A stretch of 64,000 nucleotides of DNA from Candidatus Saccharimonadales bacterium (GTDB lineage: Bacteria; Patescibacteriota; Saccharimonadia; Saccharimonadales; JBGSXW01), in contig JBGSXW010000002.1 in NCBI GenBank assembly GCA_041751215.1, positions 67,123-131,122 of the forward strand, written 5' to 3'. Shown here piece after piece: positions 50,368 through 60,358 of the stretch (the first letter of the stretch is position 1; each line of letters begins with the position of its first letter). The position numbers and the translations under genes were made by a program. The notes under the pieces are model-generated. The model saw only the letters and a list, made by a program, of their open reading frames with translations. It was not told the DNA's origin and did not search any database.

Positions 50368-50718
50368 TTAAAACTCCAATCCTTCAGCTCGAGCTTTGTC
50401 GGCAAAAACTTTAACGCGACCGTGATATTTGCGTTCGCCTCGGTCTAAGACGACCTTGCTTACCTTGGCGGCCTTGGCTGCTTTAGCAATTTCTGCGCCA
50501 GCAACTTCAGCCTGAGATGTTAGTGAAACTCCGGTCTTTGGAGCTACGGTTACGGCGCAAATGGTTTTGCTAAGCTCGTCATTGATTACCTGAGCCCAGA
50601 TGCGACGATTAGTTATCCGTACACAAAGTCGAGGGCGCTCGGCAGTGCCGGTGACGTTGCTGCGAACACGGTTGCTGCGTCTTGTAGCGTTTTGTCGCTT
50701 GTGGTCTAGTCTATTCAT
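50368..50718 (-). CDS. rplR: 50S ribosomal protein L18
   Basis: PRLCVRITNRRIWAQV...YHGRVKVFADKARAEGLEF. Confidence 0.95.
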   Translation of the reverse strand: MNRLDHKRQNATRRSNRVRSNVTGTAERPRLCVRITNRRIWAQVINDELSKTICAVTVAPKTGVSLTSQAEVAGAEIAKAAKAAKVSKVVLDRGERKYHGRVKVFADKARAEGLEF

Positions 50719-51263
50719 TAGTCACCGCCTCCAGTTGCAGTCTTACCAGCTTTTCGTACGATCTGCTCATCAATATACTTGATTCCCTTGCCCTTGTACG
50801 GCTCTGGTTTTCGCAAACTTCGGATCTCAGCTGCTACTTGTCCTACTTTTTGACGATCAATACCGCTAACATTTATCAAGTTACCGTCTACTGCAATCTC
50901 AATAGCCTCAGGGATTTGATAGTTAACCGGGTGCGAGAAGCCAAGAGCTAGTTTTAGCGTCTTGCCAGAAACATCAGCTTTGTAGCCGACGCCGTTGACC
51001 TCTAGTTGCTTTTTAAAGCCTTCGTGCACTCCAGTGACCATATTCTGAATGAGTGCTCGTTGTAGTCCATGTCTAGCTCGGGCTAGTTTGCTGTCGTCTG
51101 TGCGGTCAACCTGAACGACACCTTCATTAACTGCAACCTTAGTATAGGATTGCATCTGAGAGCTTAGAGTGCCCTTCGGACCCTCGACAGATATGTTCTT
51201 GCCAGACACGCTGACAGTGACACCTGCAGGGATTGTGATTGGTTGTTTACCTACGCGACTCAT
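50718..51263 (-). CDS. rplF: 50S ribosomal protein L6
   Basis: MSRVGKQPITIPAGVTV. Confidence 0.95.
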   Translation of the reverse strand: MSRVGKQPITIPAGVTVSVSGKNISVEGPKGTLSSQMQSYTKVAVNEGVVQVDRTDDSKLARARHGLQRALIQNMVTGVHEGFKKQLEVNGVGYKADVSGKTLKLALGFSHPVNYQIPEAIEIAVDGNLINVSGIDRQKVGQVAAEIRSLRKPEPYKGKGIKYIDEQIVRKAGKTATGGGD

Positions 51264-51265
51264 CT

Positions 51266-51664
51266 TTAATACACCTTACAGATTAATTCGCCGCCCAGTT
51301 TTTTCTTCTGAGCTTCGTTTCCGGTCATTACGCCTTTAGATGTTGAGACTAAAACTACGCCGCGACCGTTTTTTACTCGAGGGATATCGCCAACTTTGGC
51401 GTACATTCGTCGTCCTGGCTTAGAAACACGTTCAATATGCGTAATTTTTACAGGTTGATTCTGGTCGGCAATCTCGATCTGAATTACTTTGAACTTGCCG
51501 TCCTCTAAGACTTTGACGCCCTTTAGGAATCCGGCAGCTTGAAGTTGCTGGGCAACGACGTTTTTAAGCTTTGAATAAGGGACATCTACACTATTGCGAT
51601 TTACAGCAATAGCATTGCGGATGCGGGTCAACATGTCAGCGATGGGGTCGGTACTTGTAAGCAT
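51266..51664 (-). CDS. rpsH: 30S ribosomal protein S8
   Basis: DPIADMLTRIRNA. Confidence 0.95.
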   Translation of the reverse strand: MLTSTDPIADMLTRIRNAIAVNRNSVDVPYSKLKNVVAQQLQAAGFLKGVKVLEDGKFKVIQIEIADQNQPVKITHIERVSKPGRRMYAKVGDIPRVKNGRGVVLVSTSKGVMTGNEAQKKKLGGELICKVY

Positions 51665-51674
51665 CTTGTCTCCT

Positions 51675-51944
51675 TTACCAGCTCGACTTAGTTACGCCAG
51701 GAATTTCGCCCTTGGATGCGTGTTCGCGAAATGCGATTCTCGACAATCCAAAACGGCGCATGTATGAACGAGATCGACCGGTCTCGCTGCAACGATTCTT
51801 CCATCTGGTTGGGCTAGAGTTTCGAGGAAGTCGCGCCAGGCCATCTCTGTCGCCAGCTGCCTTTAACTCTTCGCGCTTATCGGCGTATTTAATGATCATT
51901 TCCTGTCGCTTTTTATCGCGAGCGATTACTGATTTGCGCGGCAT
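51675..51944 (-). CDS. rpsN: 30S ribosomal protein S14 (long, non-zinc form)
   Basis: [14 protein letters not shown]...[29 protein letters not shown]. Start set to ATG 51944. Confidence 0.9.
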   Translation of the reverse strand: MPRKSVIARDKKRQEMIIKYADKREELKAAGDRDGLARLPRNSSPTRWKNRCSETGRSRSYMRRFGLSRIAFREHASKGEIPGVTKSSW

Positions 51945-51945
51945 C

Positions 51946-52530
51946 TTAACGTTCCTCCTGTTTTTCAAATGGCATGCCGAGTGCAAGCAATAAAGCCTTA
52001 CTGTTGTCTACATTCTGGCCGGTCGTAATGAAAGTTATTTCTAGACCATGCGGTGTGGTTACTTCATCAAATTCTAATTCCGGGAAGACAGACTGCTCTG
52101 TTAGGCCAATGCTGTAATTACCTGCTTTATCAAAAGACTTTACAGGAACACCATGAAAATCACGTAGACGAGGCATGACAATATTGATCAGTCGATCCAT
52201 AAATTCGTACATGCGATCGCCGCGTAAAGTTACTTTTAGACCAACTTTATTGCCTTCTCTTAGCTTAAAGCTGGCAATCGATTTTCGAGCAATAGTTACA
52301 ATTGGTTCCTGGCCAGAAATTTTGCGCAGCGTATTAGTCGCAACTTCAAACAGCTTCTTGTCGTCCTTGCCACGACCTAATCCGATGTTAATCACGATCT
52401 TTTCGAGCTTTGGGACCTGATGAGTGTTGCTAACGTCCAGATCTTTTAACAATGCCGGCACTACCTCTGACACGTAAAGCGTCTTAAGGCGTGGTGCGGT
52501 TGATTCAGATTTCTTCACTGCACTCGGCAT
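51946..52530 (-). CDS. rplE: 50S ribosomal protein L5
   Basis: Position in the spc order and an L5-like sequence. Confidence 0.95.
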   Translation of the reverse strand: MPSAVKKSESTAPRLKTLYVSEVVPALLKDLDVSNTHQVPKLEKIVINIGLGRGKDDKKLFEVATNTLRKISGQEPIVTIARKSIASFKLREGNKVGLKVTLRGDRMYEFMDRLINIVMPRLRDFHGVPVKSFDKAGNYSIGLTEQSVFPELEFDEVTTPHGLEITFITTGQNVDNSKALLLALGMPFEKQEER

Positions 52531-52844
52531 TACTTGATCTCCTTATTACTGGCCTGCTTAAGCACCCGAACTTTGCCGGTTTTCTTGACCAGATAGCCGA
52601 CTCGACTAGTTGCACCCTTTTTAGTTGGGTGAACAAGACCAACGTTAGCTACACTTATCGGTCGGGGCTCTTTACTGACGCCGCCTTCACGCTTTGCAGC
52701 AGTTGGCTTGTTGTGCTTCGTTACTATATTTATACCATCAACAGTAACCTTATTCAACTTAGGGTTTACGGCTGTAACTTTGCCGGTTTTACCCTTGTCA
52801 GAACCACGCCTTACCATAACTGTGTCGCCGATACGAAGTTTCAT
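52530..52844 (-). CDS. rplX: 50S ribosomal protein L24
   Basis: KLRIGDTVMVRRGSDKGKTGKV KOW motif. Confidence 0.95.
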   Translation of the reverse strand: MKLRIGDTVMVRRGSDKGKTGKVTAVNPKLNKVTVDGINIVTKHNKPTAAKREGGVSKEPRPISVANVGLVHPTKKGATSRVGYLVKKTGKVRVLKQASNKEIK

Positions 52845-52845
52845 A

Positions 52846-53214
52846 CTAAAGAACCTCCGGTGCGAGCGAGATTATTTTGCCGTAGCCCTGTTCGCGAAGC
52901 TCTCGAGGAACAGGTCCAAAGACGCGAGTTGCTCTTGGCTGCTTGTCGTCACCAAGAATAACGGCTGCATTGTCATCAAACTTAATTGTAGAGCCATCTG
53001 GGCGCTTGATTGTCGATCGAGTGCGTACTACAACGGCTTTGACGACCTGCTTGCGCTTAACGGCACCAGTTGGAGAAGCAGACTTAACAGAAGCAGTAAT
53101 TACGTCGCCTACGCGAGCGTAGCGTCGTTTGCTTCCACCTAGGACTCTAATGCAAAGAATTTCTTTAGCACCACTGTTGTCGGCAACTAGTAATCGGCTT
53201 TCTTGCTGAATCAT
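52846..53214 (-). CDS. rplN: 50S ribosomal protein L14
   Basis: [18 protein letters not shown]. Confidence 0.95.
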   Translation of the reverse strand: MIQQESRLLVADNSGAKEILCIRVLGGSKRRYARVGDVITASVKSASPTGAVKRKQVVKAVVVRTRSTIKRPDGSTIKFDDNAAVILGDDKQPRATRVFGPVPRELREQGYGKIISLAPEVL

Positions 53215-53462
53215 TACTTGTTCTCCTTGCCAATGACTGACTTCAAAAGCCAGTGCTTACTTCGGCTAATTGGACGACTCTCTTCGATCTCAACCTTGTC
53301 TTCTAGCTGAGCCTCGTTCTTTGGGTCGTGCGCTCGGTATTTAGTGACTGTTGTGTATTGCTTGCGGTAAAGTGGATGCGTTTTGCGCTCAGTAACCTTA
53401 ACAGTAATAGTCTTGTCTTGGCTGTTTGCAACCACGATACCAGTAATTATTCGACGGCTCAT
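53214..53462 (-). CDS. rpsQ: 30S ribosomal protein S17
   Basis: [29 protein letters not shown]. Confidence 0.95.
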   Translation of the reverse strand: MSRRIITGIVVANSQDKTITVKVTERKTHPLYRKQYTTVTKYRAHDPKNEAQLEDKVEIEESRPISRSKHWLLKSVIGKENK

Positions 53463-53674
53463 TGTGCTTGCTCCTTGGTGTCTTCTTCTAATGCTTTTTC
53501 TCGTAAAACGGTCATTGTTTGAGCTAATTCACGCTTCAAGACTTTAGTCTGTCGGTAGTTTTGCAGTTCACCGGCATGCCGCTTTTGCACAGAATCGTTA
53601 ATGTCTGCTTTAAGTGTGTCGATTCGTTTAATCAAGTCTTTGTCGGTCTTGGTTCGCATTTCTGTAACATTCAT
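53459..53674 (-). CDS. rpmC: 50S ribosomal protein L29
   Basis: Position between rplP and rpsQ; 71 aa, helical. Confidence 0.9.
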   Translation of the reverse strand: MNVTEMRTKTDKDLIKRIDTLKADINDSVQKRHAGELQNYRQTKVLKRELAQTMTVLREKALEEDTKEQAQ

Positions 53675-53676
53675 GA

Positions 53677-54090
53677 TTAGAGCTCCTGCTTTATGACAAA
53701 CTTAGTTTTAACAGGTAGCTTGTGGGCTGCTAGACGCATAGCTTCTTGGGCCTGTTCGGGTTCAACACCGTCCATCTCAAACAAAATAGTTCCGCTTTTG
53801 ACTTTAGCTGCAAAGAATTCAGGGTTACCTTTACCGCTACCCATCTTTACGTCCTGAGGCTTGCGAGTAATAGGAGTGTGAGGGAAAACTCTAATCCAAA
53901 TCTTACCGCCGCGCTTTACGTATCGAGTCATAGCCTGACGGGCTGCCTCAATTTGACGAGAAGATATTCTTCCTTGTTCGAGTGATTGCAGGGCGTACTT
54001 ACCAAAAGCCACGTAATCACCTTTGCTGGCCACGCCTTTAATGCGACCCTTGCGAACTTTTCGGTACTTGGTTTTCTTAGGCATCAACAT
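53677..54090 (-). CDS. rplP: 50S ribosomal protein L16
   Basis: [19 protein letters not shown]. Confidence 0.95.
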   Translation of the reverse strand: MLMPKKTKYRKVRKGRIKGVASKGDYVAFGKYALQSLEQGRISSRQIEAARQAMTRYVKRGGKIWIRVFPHTPITRKPQDVKMGSGKGNPEFFAAKVKSGTILFEMDGVEPEQAQEAMRLAAHKLPVKTKFVIKQEL

Positions 54091-54098
54091 AATATGTC

Positions 54099-54731
54099 CT
54101 AGTCGACCCTTTCGCCCTTGTTAATCCAGACCTTAACGCCAATAGTACCAGCGCCAGTCTTTGCTACGGCTAATGCATAGTCGATGTCGGAACGGATGGT
54201 GTGTAGCGGTACGGATCCTTGAATTTCTTTTTCGTAACGAGCCATTTCAGAGCCGTTTAAGCGGCCTGACATCTCGATTCGAACTCCTTTAGCACCGGCA
54301 CGCATAGTTGCGCCAGCAGCAGATTTCATTGCTCGGCGTGAGGACATGCGTCGCTCGAGCTGGAATGCTATATTCTCGGCTACTAGCTTCGCGTACATCT
54401 CAGGCTTTTTGAGTTCTTCGATGTTAACTCTTACTGGAACGCCGAATATCTTTTCAATGTCGGCCTTAATCTCTTGAGCACCAGATCCGCCTCTACCGAT
54501 AACCACACCAGCTTTAGCTGTGTGAATTGTAACGGTTACTAGATTAGGTGATCGCTCAATGTTGACGGTATTAATAGCAGCTCGTGATCCATAACGGGTC
54601 TGGACTAGTCGTCGGACCTCAAGATCTTGGTTTAGATATCTGGTGTAGTCTCGTTTACCTACGAACCACTTTGATCGCCAGTCCTTGGTGACCTGAAGTC
54701 GCATGCTAATTGGATTTACTTTCTGTCCCAT
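54099..54731 (-). CDS. rpsC: 30S ribosomal protein S3
   Basis: [12 protein letters not shown]. Confidence 0.95.
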   Translation of the reverse strand: MGQKVNPISMRLQVTKDWRSKWFVGKRDYTRYLNQDLEVRRLVQTRYGSRAAINTVNIERSPNLVTVTIHTAKAGVVIGRGGSGAQEIKADIEKIFGVPVRVNIEELKKPEMYAKLVAENIAFQLERRMSSRRAMKSAAGATMRAGAKGVRIEMSGRLNGSEMARYEKEIQGSVPLHTIRSDIDYALAVAKTGAGTIGVKVWINKGERVD

Positions 54732-54732
54732 A

Positions 54733-55137
54733 CTACTTCTCCTCCTTGGTGTTCTCGGTCTTGGCTGTAGATTTCATCTTGGCTGCTTCTTGAACCGGCT
54801 CGCCGCTCAATACTACTCGGACGCTACTTATTCGATGGCGGTAAGGCTTGGCTCGTCCCTGAGCTCCGGGTCGGTATCGTTTCATCATGCCAGTACCATT
54901 AACTTCTAGTGTTTCGATAGTCAAAGTCTTGGGGTCAAGCTTGTGATTGTTCTTGGCATTAGCCTGAGCACTTAAGATGACTTTACTGATTGGTCTTGCG
55001 GCGCTTTTTGGAGTGTGTTCGAGTATGGTTACTGCGTCTTCAACTGTACGTCCGCGAACTAGAGACGCCACTAATCCGACCTTTCGTGAGGACATACGGA
55101 TTCCGTTGCTGGTTGCAGATACAGTTTTAGTACTCAT
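54733..55137 (-). CDS. rplV: 50S ribosomal protein L22
   Basis: Position between rpsS and rpsC; an L22-like core with a C-terminal tail. Confidence 0.9.
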   Translation of the reverse strand: MSTKTVSATSNGIRMSSRKVGLVASLVRGRTVEDAVTILEHTPKSAARPISKVILSAQANAKNNHKLDPKTLTIETLEVNGTGMMKRYRPGAQGRAKPYRHRISSVRVVLSGEPVQEAAKMKSTAKTENTKEEK

Positions 55138-55139
55138 GT

Positions 55140-55409
55140 TTATCCTTTAGCCAACTTTCCACCATGGCTGCGAAACTTCCTGGTAGGTGCAAATTCACCG
55201 AGCTTGTGGCCAACCATGTTTTCAGTTAAGAACACTGGTACGTGAACTCGGCCGTTATGAACAGCAATAGTCTTACCGACCATCTCTGGGGTAATGGTGC
55301 TGCTTCGTGACCAAGTTTTAATCACGGTTCGATCATTATTAGCCATGGCCGAAACCTTAGCGGCTAATTTTGGTTCTACAAATGGTCCTTTTTTCAGTGA
55401 ACGGCTCAT
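55140..55409 (-). CDS. rpsS: 30S ribosomal protein S19
   Basis: [15 protein letters not shown]. Confidence 0.95.
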   Translation of the reverse strand: MSRSLKKGPFVEPKLAAKVSAMANNDRTVIKTWSRSSTITPEMVGKTIAVHNGRVHVPVFLTENMVGHKLGEFAPTRKFRSHGGKLAKG

Positions 55410-55417
55410 ATTACTCC

Positions 55418-56251
55418 TTAACGCTTCGCCTTATGACGTGATCGTACAATCATTTTATTAGTTGATTTGCGGCGTCTTGTCTTGTATCCGAGAGTTGGTT
55501 GACCCCATGGAGTCTTTGGGTTTCGGCCAATACCGTGGGCACCACCGTCACCACCACCGTGCGGGTGATCAACAGCGTTCATTACCTTACCTCTGACCTG
55601 TGGTCGTCGTCCTAGGCGTCGATTTCGGCCGGCATTACCAAGCTTAACGTTTTGGTGTTGCTCGTTGCCAACTGCGCCAAGGTTTGCGTAGCAACTTAGG
55701 CTCACTAGACGAACTTCTCCGCTAGGTAACCTTACTTGGGCGTAGCCGTTCTCTTTTGCCAGTAGTTGAGCTTGAGCTCCGGCACTGCGCACCATTTGAC
55801 CGCCTCGGCCAGGATTAATCTCAATGTTATAGATTTGACTTCCAGGTGGAATTTTCTCTAGTGGCAGGCGGTTAGCGCGCTCAATTGGGGCTTTTTCGCC
55901 GCCGTGCAAAACTTGACCGACTTTCATGGTGCCTTCGGCAATTACGTAGTAGTACTTGCCGCTGTCGTCTTTAACGCGGGCAATGTTGGCAGAGCGATTT
56001 GGGTCATACTCGATTGCTTCAATCGTGGCCTTAAAGTCGGTTTGGTGCTTGAAGTCAACAAGTCGGTAGAAGCGCTTTACGCCGCCTCCACGGTGTCGAA
56101 CCGTGATGCGACCACTGTTGTTTCGTCCTGATCCGGTTTTTTTACTGCGTCGTAGTGACTTGATCGGCTTTTTAGCCGTTACTGCACTAAAGTCTCGGTT
56201 AGTCATTCCGCGTCGGCTAGGAGTTGTTGGTCGGTAAGTCTTGAGTGCCAT
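55418..56251 (-). CDS. rplB: 50S ribosomal protein L2
   Basis: [15 protein letters not shown]. Start set to ATG 56251 after GAGGAGG. Confidence 0.95.
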   Translation of the reverse strand: MALKTYRPTTPSRRGMTNRDFSAVTAKKPIKSLRRSKKTGSGRNNSGRITVRHRGGGVKRFYRLVDFKHQTDFKATIEAIEYDPNRSANIARVKDDSGKYYYVIAEGTMKVGQVLHGGEKAPIERANRLPLEKIPPGSQIYNIEINPGRGGQMVRSAGAQAQLLAKENGYAQVRLPSGEVRLVSLSCYANLGAVGNEQHQNVKLGNAGRNRRLGRRPQVRGKVMNAVDHPHGGGDGGAHGIGRNPKTPWGQPTLGYKTRRRKSTNKMIVRSRHKAKR

Positions 56252-56252
56252 C

Positions 56253-56561
56253 TTATTTAACCTCCTCAAACATTGGGATTGTGTCGCCCTTTTTAAGAGT
56301 CACATAAGCCTTTTTGGTGTCGCTTCGTTGTCCAGCCTGCGGTTGTGCTCGGCGTCTTGCCGAGCGCTTTACTTTACCCTTAGAAATCAGCGTTCGAACA
56401 TCAACAACGGTTACTTTAAACTGCGATTCAACTGCAGCTTTAACATCATTTACGTTGGCCGACATAGGAACGTTAAATGTGTAGATGTCGCTGCTGCTTA
56501 GCGCATAAGTCTTTTCGCTGATGCGCGGTATAAGTGTGATTAGCTTACTCATCTTTTCCAC
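56253..56561 (-). CDS. rplW: 50S ribosomal protein L23
   Basis: Position between rplD and rplB; L23-like. Confidence 0.9.
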   Translation of the reverse strand: MEKMSKLITLIPRISEKTYALSSSDIYTFNVPMSANVNDVKAAVESQFKVTVVDVRTLISKGKVKRSARRRAQPQAGQRSDTKKAYVTLKKGDTIPMFEEVK

Positions 56562-57186
56562 CTAACCAAGCATCAACTGCCGCAACTGCGCCTGTGGTCA
56601 TGACTACTGAATCAGAGTTTAGCAAGTCATAAACGCTCAAGTACTTAGCAGAGACAAGCTTTACATTTTCTAGGTTGTTAAACGCTCGAGAGACTTCTTC
56701 GGTCTTGGTGTCAACAACCACAATAGCCTTGCGGGTAACGCCAAGCTTGCTGAGTAGAGATGCAGCTTCCTTAGTTTTAGCCTCTTTAAACGCTAATGAC
56801 TCAATGATTTTTAGGTCACCGTCTTTGGCAATAACAGAAAGAGCCTGAGCTACTGCTGTTCGCTTAGCCTTCTTAGAAAGTGGCTTCTTGTAGTTCTCGT
56901 TGCCCTGAGGTCCGAAGGTTATGCCGCCGCCGCGCCAAATTGGACTACGAATTGAACCAGCACGAGCTCGACCGGTTCCTTTTTGACGCCATGGTTTGCG
57001 TCCACCACCGCGCACCTTACCCTTGGTCAGAGTAACTGCTTGAGCGCTGCGAGCATTTGCTAAGTAGGCGTTGTAAGCATAGTTGAGCAAATCAAAGCTT
57101 GGGACTTCCTTGCTAAACACATCTTTGTTTAGCTTAGGTGCAGTAGCGCTCTTGGTGCCAGATTTGGTATAAGCAGTCACACTCAT
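56545..57186 (-). CDS. rplD: 50S ribosomal protein L4
   Basis: GGGRKPWRQKGTGRARAGSIRSPIWRGGG. Confidence 0.95.
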   Translation of the reverse strand: MSVTAYTKSGTKSATAPKLNKDVFSKEVPSFDLLNYAYNAYLANARSAQAVTLTKGKVRGGGRKPWRQKGTGRARAGSIRSPIWRGGGITFGPQGNENYKKPLSKKAKRTAVAQALSVIAKDGDLKIIESLAFKEAKTKEAASLLSKLGVTRKAIVVVDTKTEEVSRAFNNLENVKLVSAKYLSVYDLLNSDSVVMTTGAVAAVDAWLGGKDE

Positions 57187-57190
57187 GCTA

Positions 57191-57805
57191 CTAAGCCCCT
57201 TGAATCATTATTAGGCTGTCTCTTGGGCCAGGAACGGCACCGCGTACGGCAACAATGTTGCGATCAACATCGATAAGCTCAACGGTAACGTCTCGAAGGC
57301 TGATGCGGTCTCCGCCCATTTGACCGGCCATCTTCTTGCCTTTGAAGATCTTCTGAGGATACATTGAGCCAATAGAGCCAGGTCGGCGGTAGTTAGAAGA
57401 ACCATGAGTCTTAGGACCGGTGTTAAAGTTGTGCCGTTTAACGTTTCCGGCAAAACCCTTACCTTTGCTAGTCCCAGAGATCCGAACGCGGTCTCCGATC
57501 TCAAAATTAGCAACGCTCAAGATGTCGCCTGGATTTAGGTCGTCTGAGATTTCATCGGCTCGGAATTCTCGTAACACGGCTGGCGAAGCTTTTGAGTTCT
57601 TTACGTGGCCACTCAGAGGCTTCGTCAAACGTGTTCGGCTACCATAGCCCATTTGGACTGCCGCGTAACCATCACGCTCTGCGGTCTTAATGTCAATCAC
57701 CGGACACGGGCCCGCTTGAATTAAAGTAACAGGAATAGCGGCTCCGTCTTCGCGTAGCAGTTGAGACATTCCAACTTTCCGACCAATGAGCGCTTTCACC
57801 GTCAT
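57191..57805 (-). CDS. rplC: 50S ribosomal protein L3
   Basis: GTSKGKGFAGNVKRHNF. Confidence 0.95.
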   Translation of the reverse strand: MTVKALIGRKVGMSQLLREDGAAIPVTLIQAGPCPVIDIKTAERDGYAAVQMGYGSRTRLTKPLSGHVKNSKASPAVLREFRADEISDDLNPGDILSVANFEIGDRVRISGTSKGKGFAGNVKRHNFNTGPKTHGSSNYRRPGSIGSMYPQKIFKGKKMAGQMGGDRISLRDVTVELIDVDRNIVAVRGAVPGPRDSLIMIQGA

Positions 57806-57920
57806 AACTCCTGTTTAGTGACATAAAAAAAGACCGGCTCGTCTGTGGTATCCGCCTCAGGCGGACCTGCAGATCAACCAACCATTGCAAAAAGTAACGG
57901 CTAGAAATCTACTTCATATG

Positions 57921-57950
57921 ATTCTATCAGTTACACCCCTGATGTGTCAA
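57921..57950 (-). promoter_or_regulatory. sigma70-like promoter upstream of rplC, with a ~115-nt structured leader
   Basis: Minus strand: TTGACA (57950-57945), 18 nt, TAGAAT (57926-57921). The leader contains the GUCCGCC-UGA-GGCGGAU hairpin (57866-57850). Confidence 0.5.
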
Positions 57951-57967
57951 ACCCTATTACAGCTTAT

Positions 57968-58255
57968 TTAAATGACTAGCACAAACCCGGTTGGCGCAAA
58001 AAAACTAATCACTGCAGCGGCTAGCAACACGGCATATTCAATCTTGCGATCAATCTGAAAGTGATCATGCGATGCAAAGACAGCACCAACAACCAAGCCA
58101 ATGGGAAACGCAGCGCTATCTGACCCGGCAATACTGACAGAATCAAGCTGCAGCCAGAGGGAACCAACAATAAAGTAGAGGATCAGCTTAAGGACATATA
58201 CGCTGTCTGGCTCAGAGTTGGATCTAGACCGCTTGGTTTTTTTAGCCACACCCAC
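57968..58255 (-). CDS. small membrane protein (95 aa, ~3 TM) between rpsJ and rplC
   Basis: GTG start. Hydrophobic segments [52 protein letters not shown]. Confidence 0.55.
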   Translation of the reverse strand: MGVAKKTKRSRSNSEPDSVYVLKLILYFIVGSLWLQLDSVSIAGSDSAAFPIGLVVGAVFASHDHFQIDRKIEYAVLLAAAVISFFAPTGFVLVI

Positions 58256-58269
58256 CCCCGATATTGTTG

Positions 58270-58602
58270 TTACATCTTAATTTCAGCGTCACAACCAGCT
58301 GGTAGCGACAAGTTCATCAGAGAATCGATAGTCTTTGGTGTTGGCTCGCTGATATCAATAAGCCGTTTGTGCACTCGCATTTCAAACTGTTCTCGGCCTT
58401 TTTTGTAGACGTGAGGGCTTTTAATGACCGTATAGGTACTTTTGCGGGTTGGCAATGGAATAGGGCCAGAAATGTTAGCACCAGTTCTTAGCGCGGTGTC
58501 GATGATTTGCTTAGCCGACTGGTCAATAACCTTATGATCATAGGCCTTTAAACGAATCCTGATTCGTTGCTTGATTGGCGGAGTGGCTTTGTCGGCTACC
58601 AT
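58270..58602 (-). CDS. rpsJ: 30S ribosomal protein S10
   Basis: [20 protein letters not shown]. Confidence 0.95.
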   Translation of the reverse strand: MVADKATPPIKQRIRIRLKAYDHKVIDQSAKQIIDTALRTGANISGPIPLPTRKSTYTVIKSPHVYKKGREQFEMRVHKRLIDISEPTPKTIDSLMNLSLPAGCDAEIKM

Positions 58603-58610
58603 TGGATTGC

Positions 58611-59795
58611 TTACTTGCTAATCTTTGTTACAACACCGGCACCAACAGTGCGGCCACCTTCGCGGATAGCGAAGCGCTGACCTTGGTCCATAGCAATTGG
58701 CTGAAGAAGTTTCACCTTGAAGGTGATGGTGTCGCCAGGCATGACCATTTCTTTGTCGGCTGGAAGTTCAACTTCACCGGTTACGTCAGTGGTACGGAAG
58801 TAGAACTGTGGCTTGTAGCCCTTGAAAAATGGTGTGTGACGACCACCTTCATCTTTGGTCAGAACGTAAACTTCAGCGTCAAATTCGGTGTGTGGAGTAA
58901 TTGAACCTGGCTTGGACAAAACTTGACCACGCTCGATGTCTTCGCGCTCAATGCCGCGGAGCAATACACCAACGTTGTCACCAGCTTGTCCTTGGTCTAG
59001 GTTCTTCTTGAACATCTCAACACCGGTTACAACACTCTTGCGAGTATCCTTAACGCCGACGATTTCGATTTCTTCGTTAACCTTTACAATACCTTGTTCA
59101 ATTCGGCCGGTAGCAACAGTGCCACGACCCTTGATGCTAAAGACGTCTTCAACGGCCATTAGGAATGGCTTGTCTAGGTCGCGCTTTGGCTCAGGAATGT
59201 TTTCATCAAGAGCTTTTACAAGTTCCATGATGTTGTCCATCTCTTTTTCGTCGCCTTCAAGCGCCTTAAGAGCTGAACCCTTGATGATAGGTACGTTGTC
59301 GCCATCAAATTCGTACTTGGTAAGCAGTTCGCGAACATCAAGCTCAACGAGCTCAACTAGTTCAGGATCTGCTTGGTCCATCTTGTTTAGGAAGACTACG
59401 ATAGCTGGAACGCCAACCTGACGAGCAAGCAGCACGTGCTCACGAGTCTGAGGCATTGGGCCATCAGCAGCTGAAACAACCAAAACAGCACCGTCAACCT
59501 GAGCGGCACCGGTAATCATGTTCTTGATGTAGTCTGCGTGTCCAGGCATGTCGATGTGAGCGTAGTGACGCTTATCGCTTTCATACTCCTGGTGAGAAAC
59601 GGCAATAGTGATTCCGCGCTCTTTTTCTTCTGGTGCGTTGTCGATCTGGTCGTAGTTAACGGCTTTGTTAACTTCACTTGGCAGCTTCTTTGCAAGTGTA
59701 GTAGTAATAGCTGCTGTTAAAGTTGTCTTACCGTGGTCAACGTGACCCATAGTACCGACGTTTACGTGTGGTTTGCTTCGATCAAAGTCTGCCAT
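58611..59795 (-). CDS. tuf: elongation factor Tu
   Basis: [15 protein letters not shown]. Confidence 0.97.
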   Translation of the reverse strand: MADFDRSKPHVNVGTMGHVDHGKTTLTAAITTTLAKKLPSEVNKAVNYDQIDNAPEEKERGITIAVSHQEYESDKRHYAHIDMPGHADYIKNMITGAAQVDGAVLVVSAADGPMPQTREHVLLARQVGVPAIVVFLNKMDQADPELVELVELDVRELLTKYEFDGDNVPIIKGSALKALEGDEKEMDNIMELVKALDENIPEPKRDLDKPFLMAVEDVFSIKGRGTVATGRIEQGIVKVNEEIEIVGVKDTRKSVVTGVEMFKKNLDQGQAGDNVGVLLRGIEREDIERGQVLSKPGSITPHTEFDAEVYVLTKDEGGRHTPFFKGYKPQFYFRTTDVTGEVELPADKEMVMPGDTITFKVKLLQPIAMDQGQRFAIREGGRTVGAGVVTKISK

Positions 59796-59883
59796 GAATT
59801 CTCCTTCTTAGTTTATAGACTTAACTTCTATCGTTATCTAGTTTTTCGCATTCGAGCAATGCCCCCATAGCGAGTTACTGATG

Positions 59884-59912
59884 GATTATAGGGAAACTCT
59901 CGAGGTTTGTAA
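59884..59912 (-). promoter_or_regulatory. consensus-like sigma70 promoter for tuf
   Basis: Minus strand: TTTACA (59912-59907), 17 nt, TATAAT (59889-59884). Confidence 0.55.
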
Positions 59913-59920
59913 AGAGTTAA

Positions 59921-60352
59921 TCATGCTCTTTGACCGTCGTCGTTGATGGTTGCAAGGATCTGCGCAAATTCGTCGTCCATTCCCAGCACATCAAGGTCTG
60001 CTCTCATTCGCAAACCTTCTTCGATAGTTGCACACGATCCAGATGCAATTGCAGTTTCGACAAACTCATTAATCTCTGTCGCTTCCACCAGGAGTGAGCA
60101 CGCCAGATTTACGGCATCATCAATCTCGTCTTTAGGGACGCTTGGCTTGGAGTGATAATGTTCGCGCAGAGCAGCCATGAGATCCAGCCGGTTTGGCGCG
60201 TACTTCATGTTATCAACCGTCGTTAGTACGTCAGGCGGAAAGATATACCTTGCATTTAGCTTCTGAGCATACTCGGCCGCCAACCTTTTGGCTGCTTGAA
60301 CTTGCCAAAAACTGAGATCGCCACCCTTGCTTGAAGGATCGACGTCTGACAC
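59921..60352 (-). CDS. hypothetical acidic protein (143 aa) between fusA and tuf
   Basis: ORF track. GTG start 6 nt after the fusA stop. Confidence 0.45.
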   Translation of the reverse strand: MSDVDPSSKGGDLSFWQVQAAKRLAAEYAQKLNARYIFPPDVLTTVDNMKYAPNRLDLMAALREHYHSKPSVPKDEIDDAVNLACSLLVEATEINEFVETAIASGSCATIEEGLRMRADLDVLGMDDEFAQILATINDDGQRA

Positions 60353-60358
60353 TGCAGT

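Noticed and set aside
58936-59421. Long antisense ORFs inside highly expressed genes (for example 58936..59421 in tuf, 49938..50414 in rpsE, 19640..19990 in rplL, 27425..27769 in rplA, 24125..24532 in tmk-thyX)
   Set aside because: They lie opposite strongly conserved genes and have Ser/Leu/Pro-rich low-complexity translations and no SD. This is a typical codon-bias shadow.
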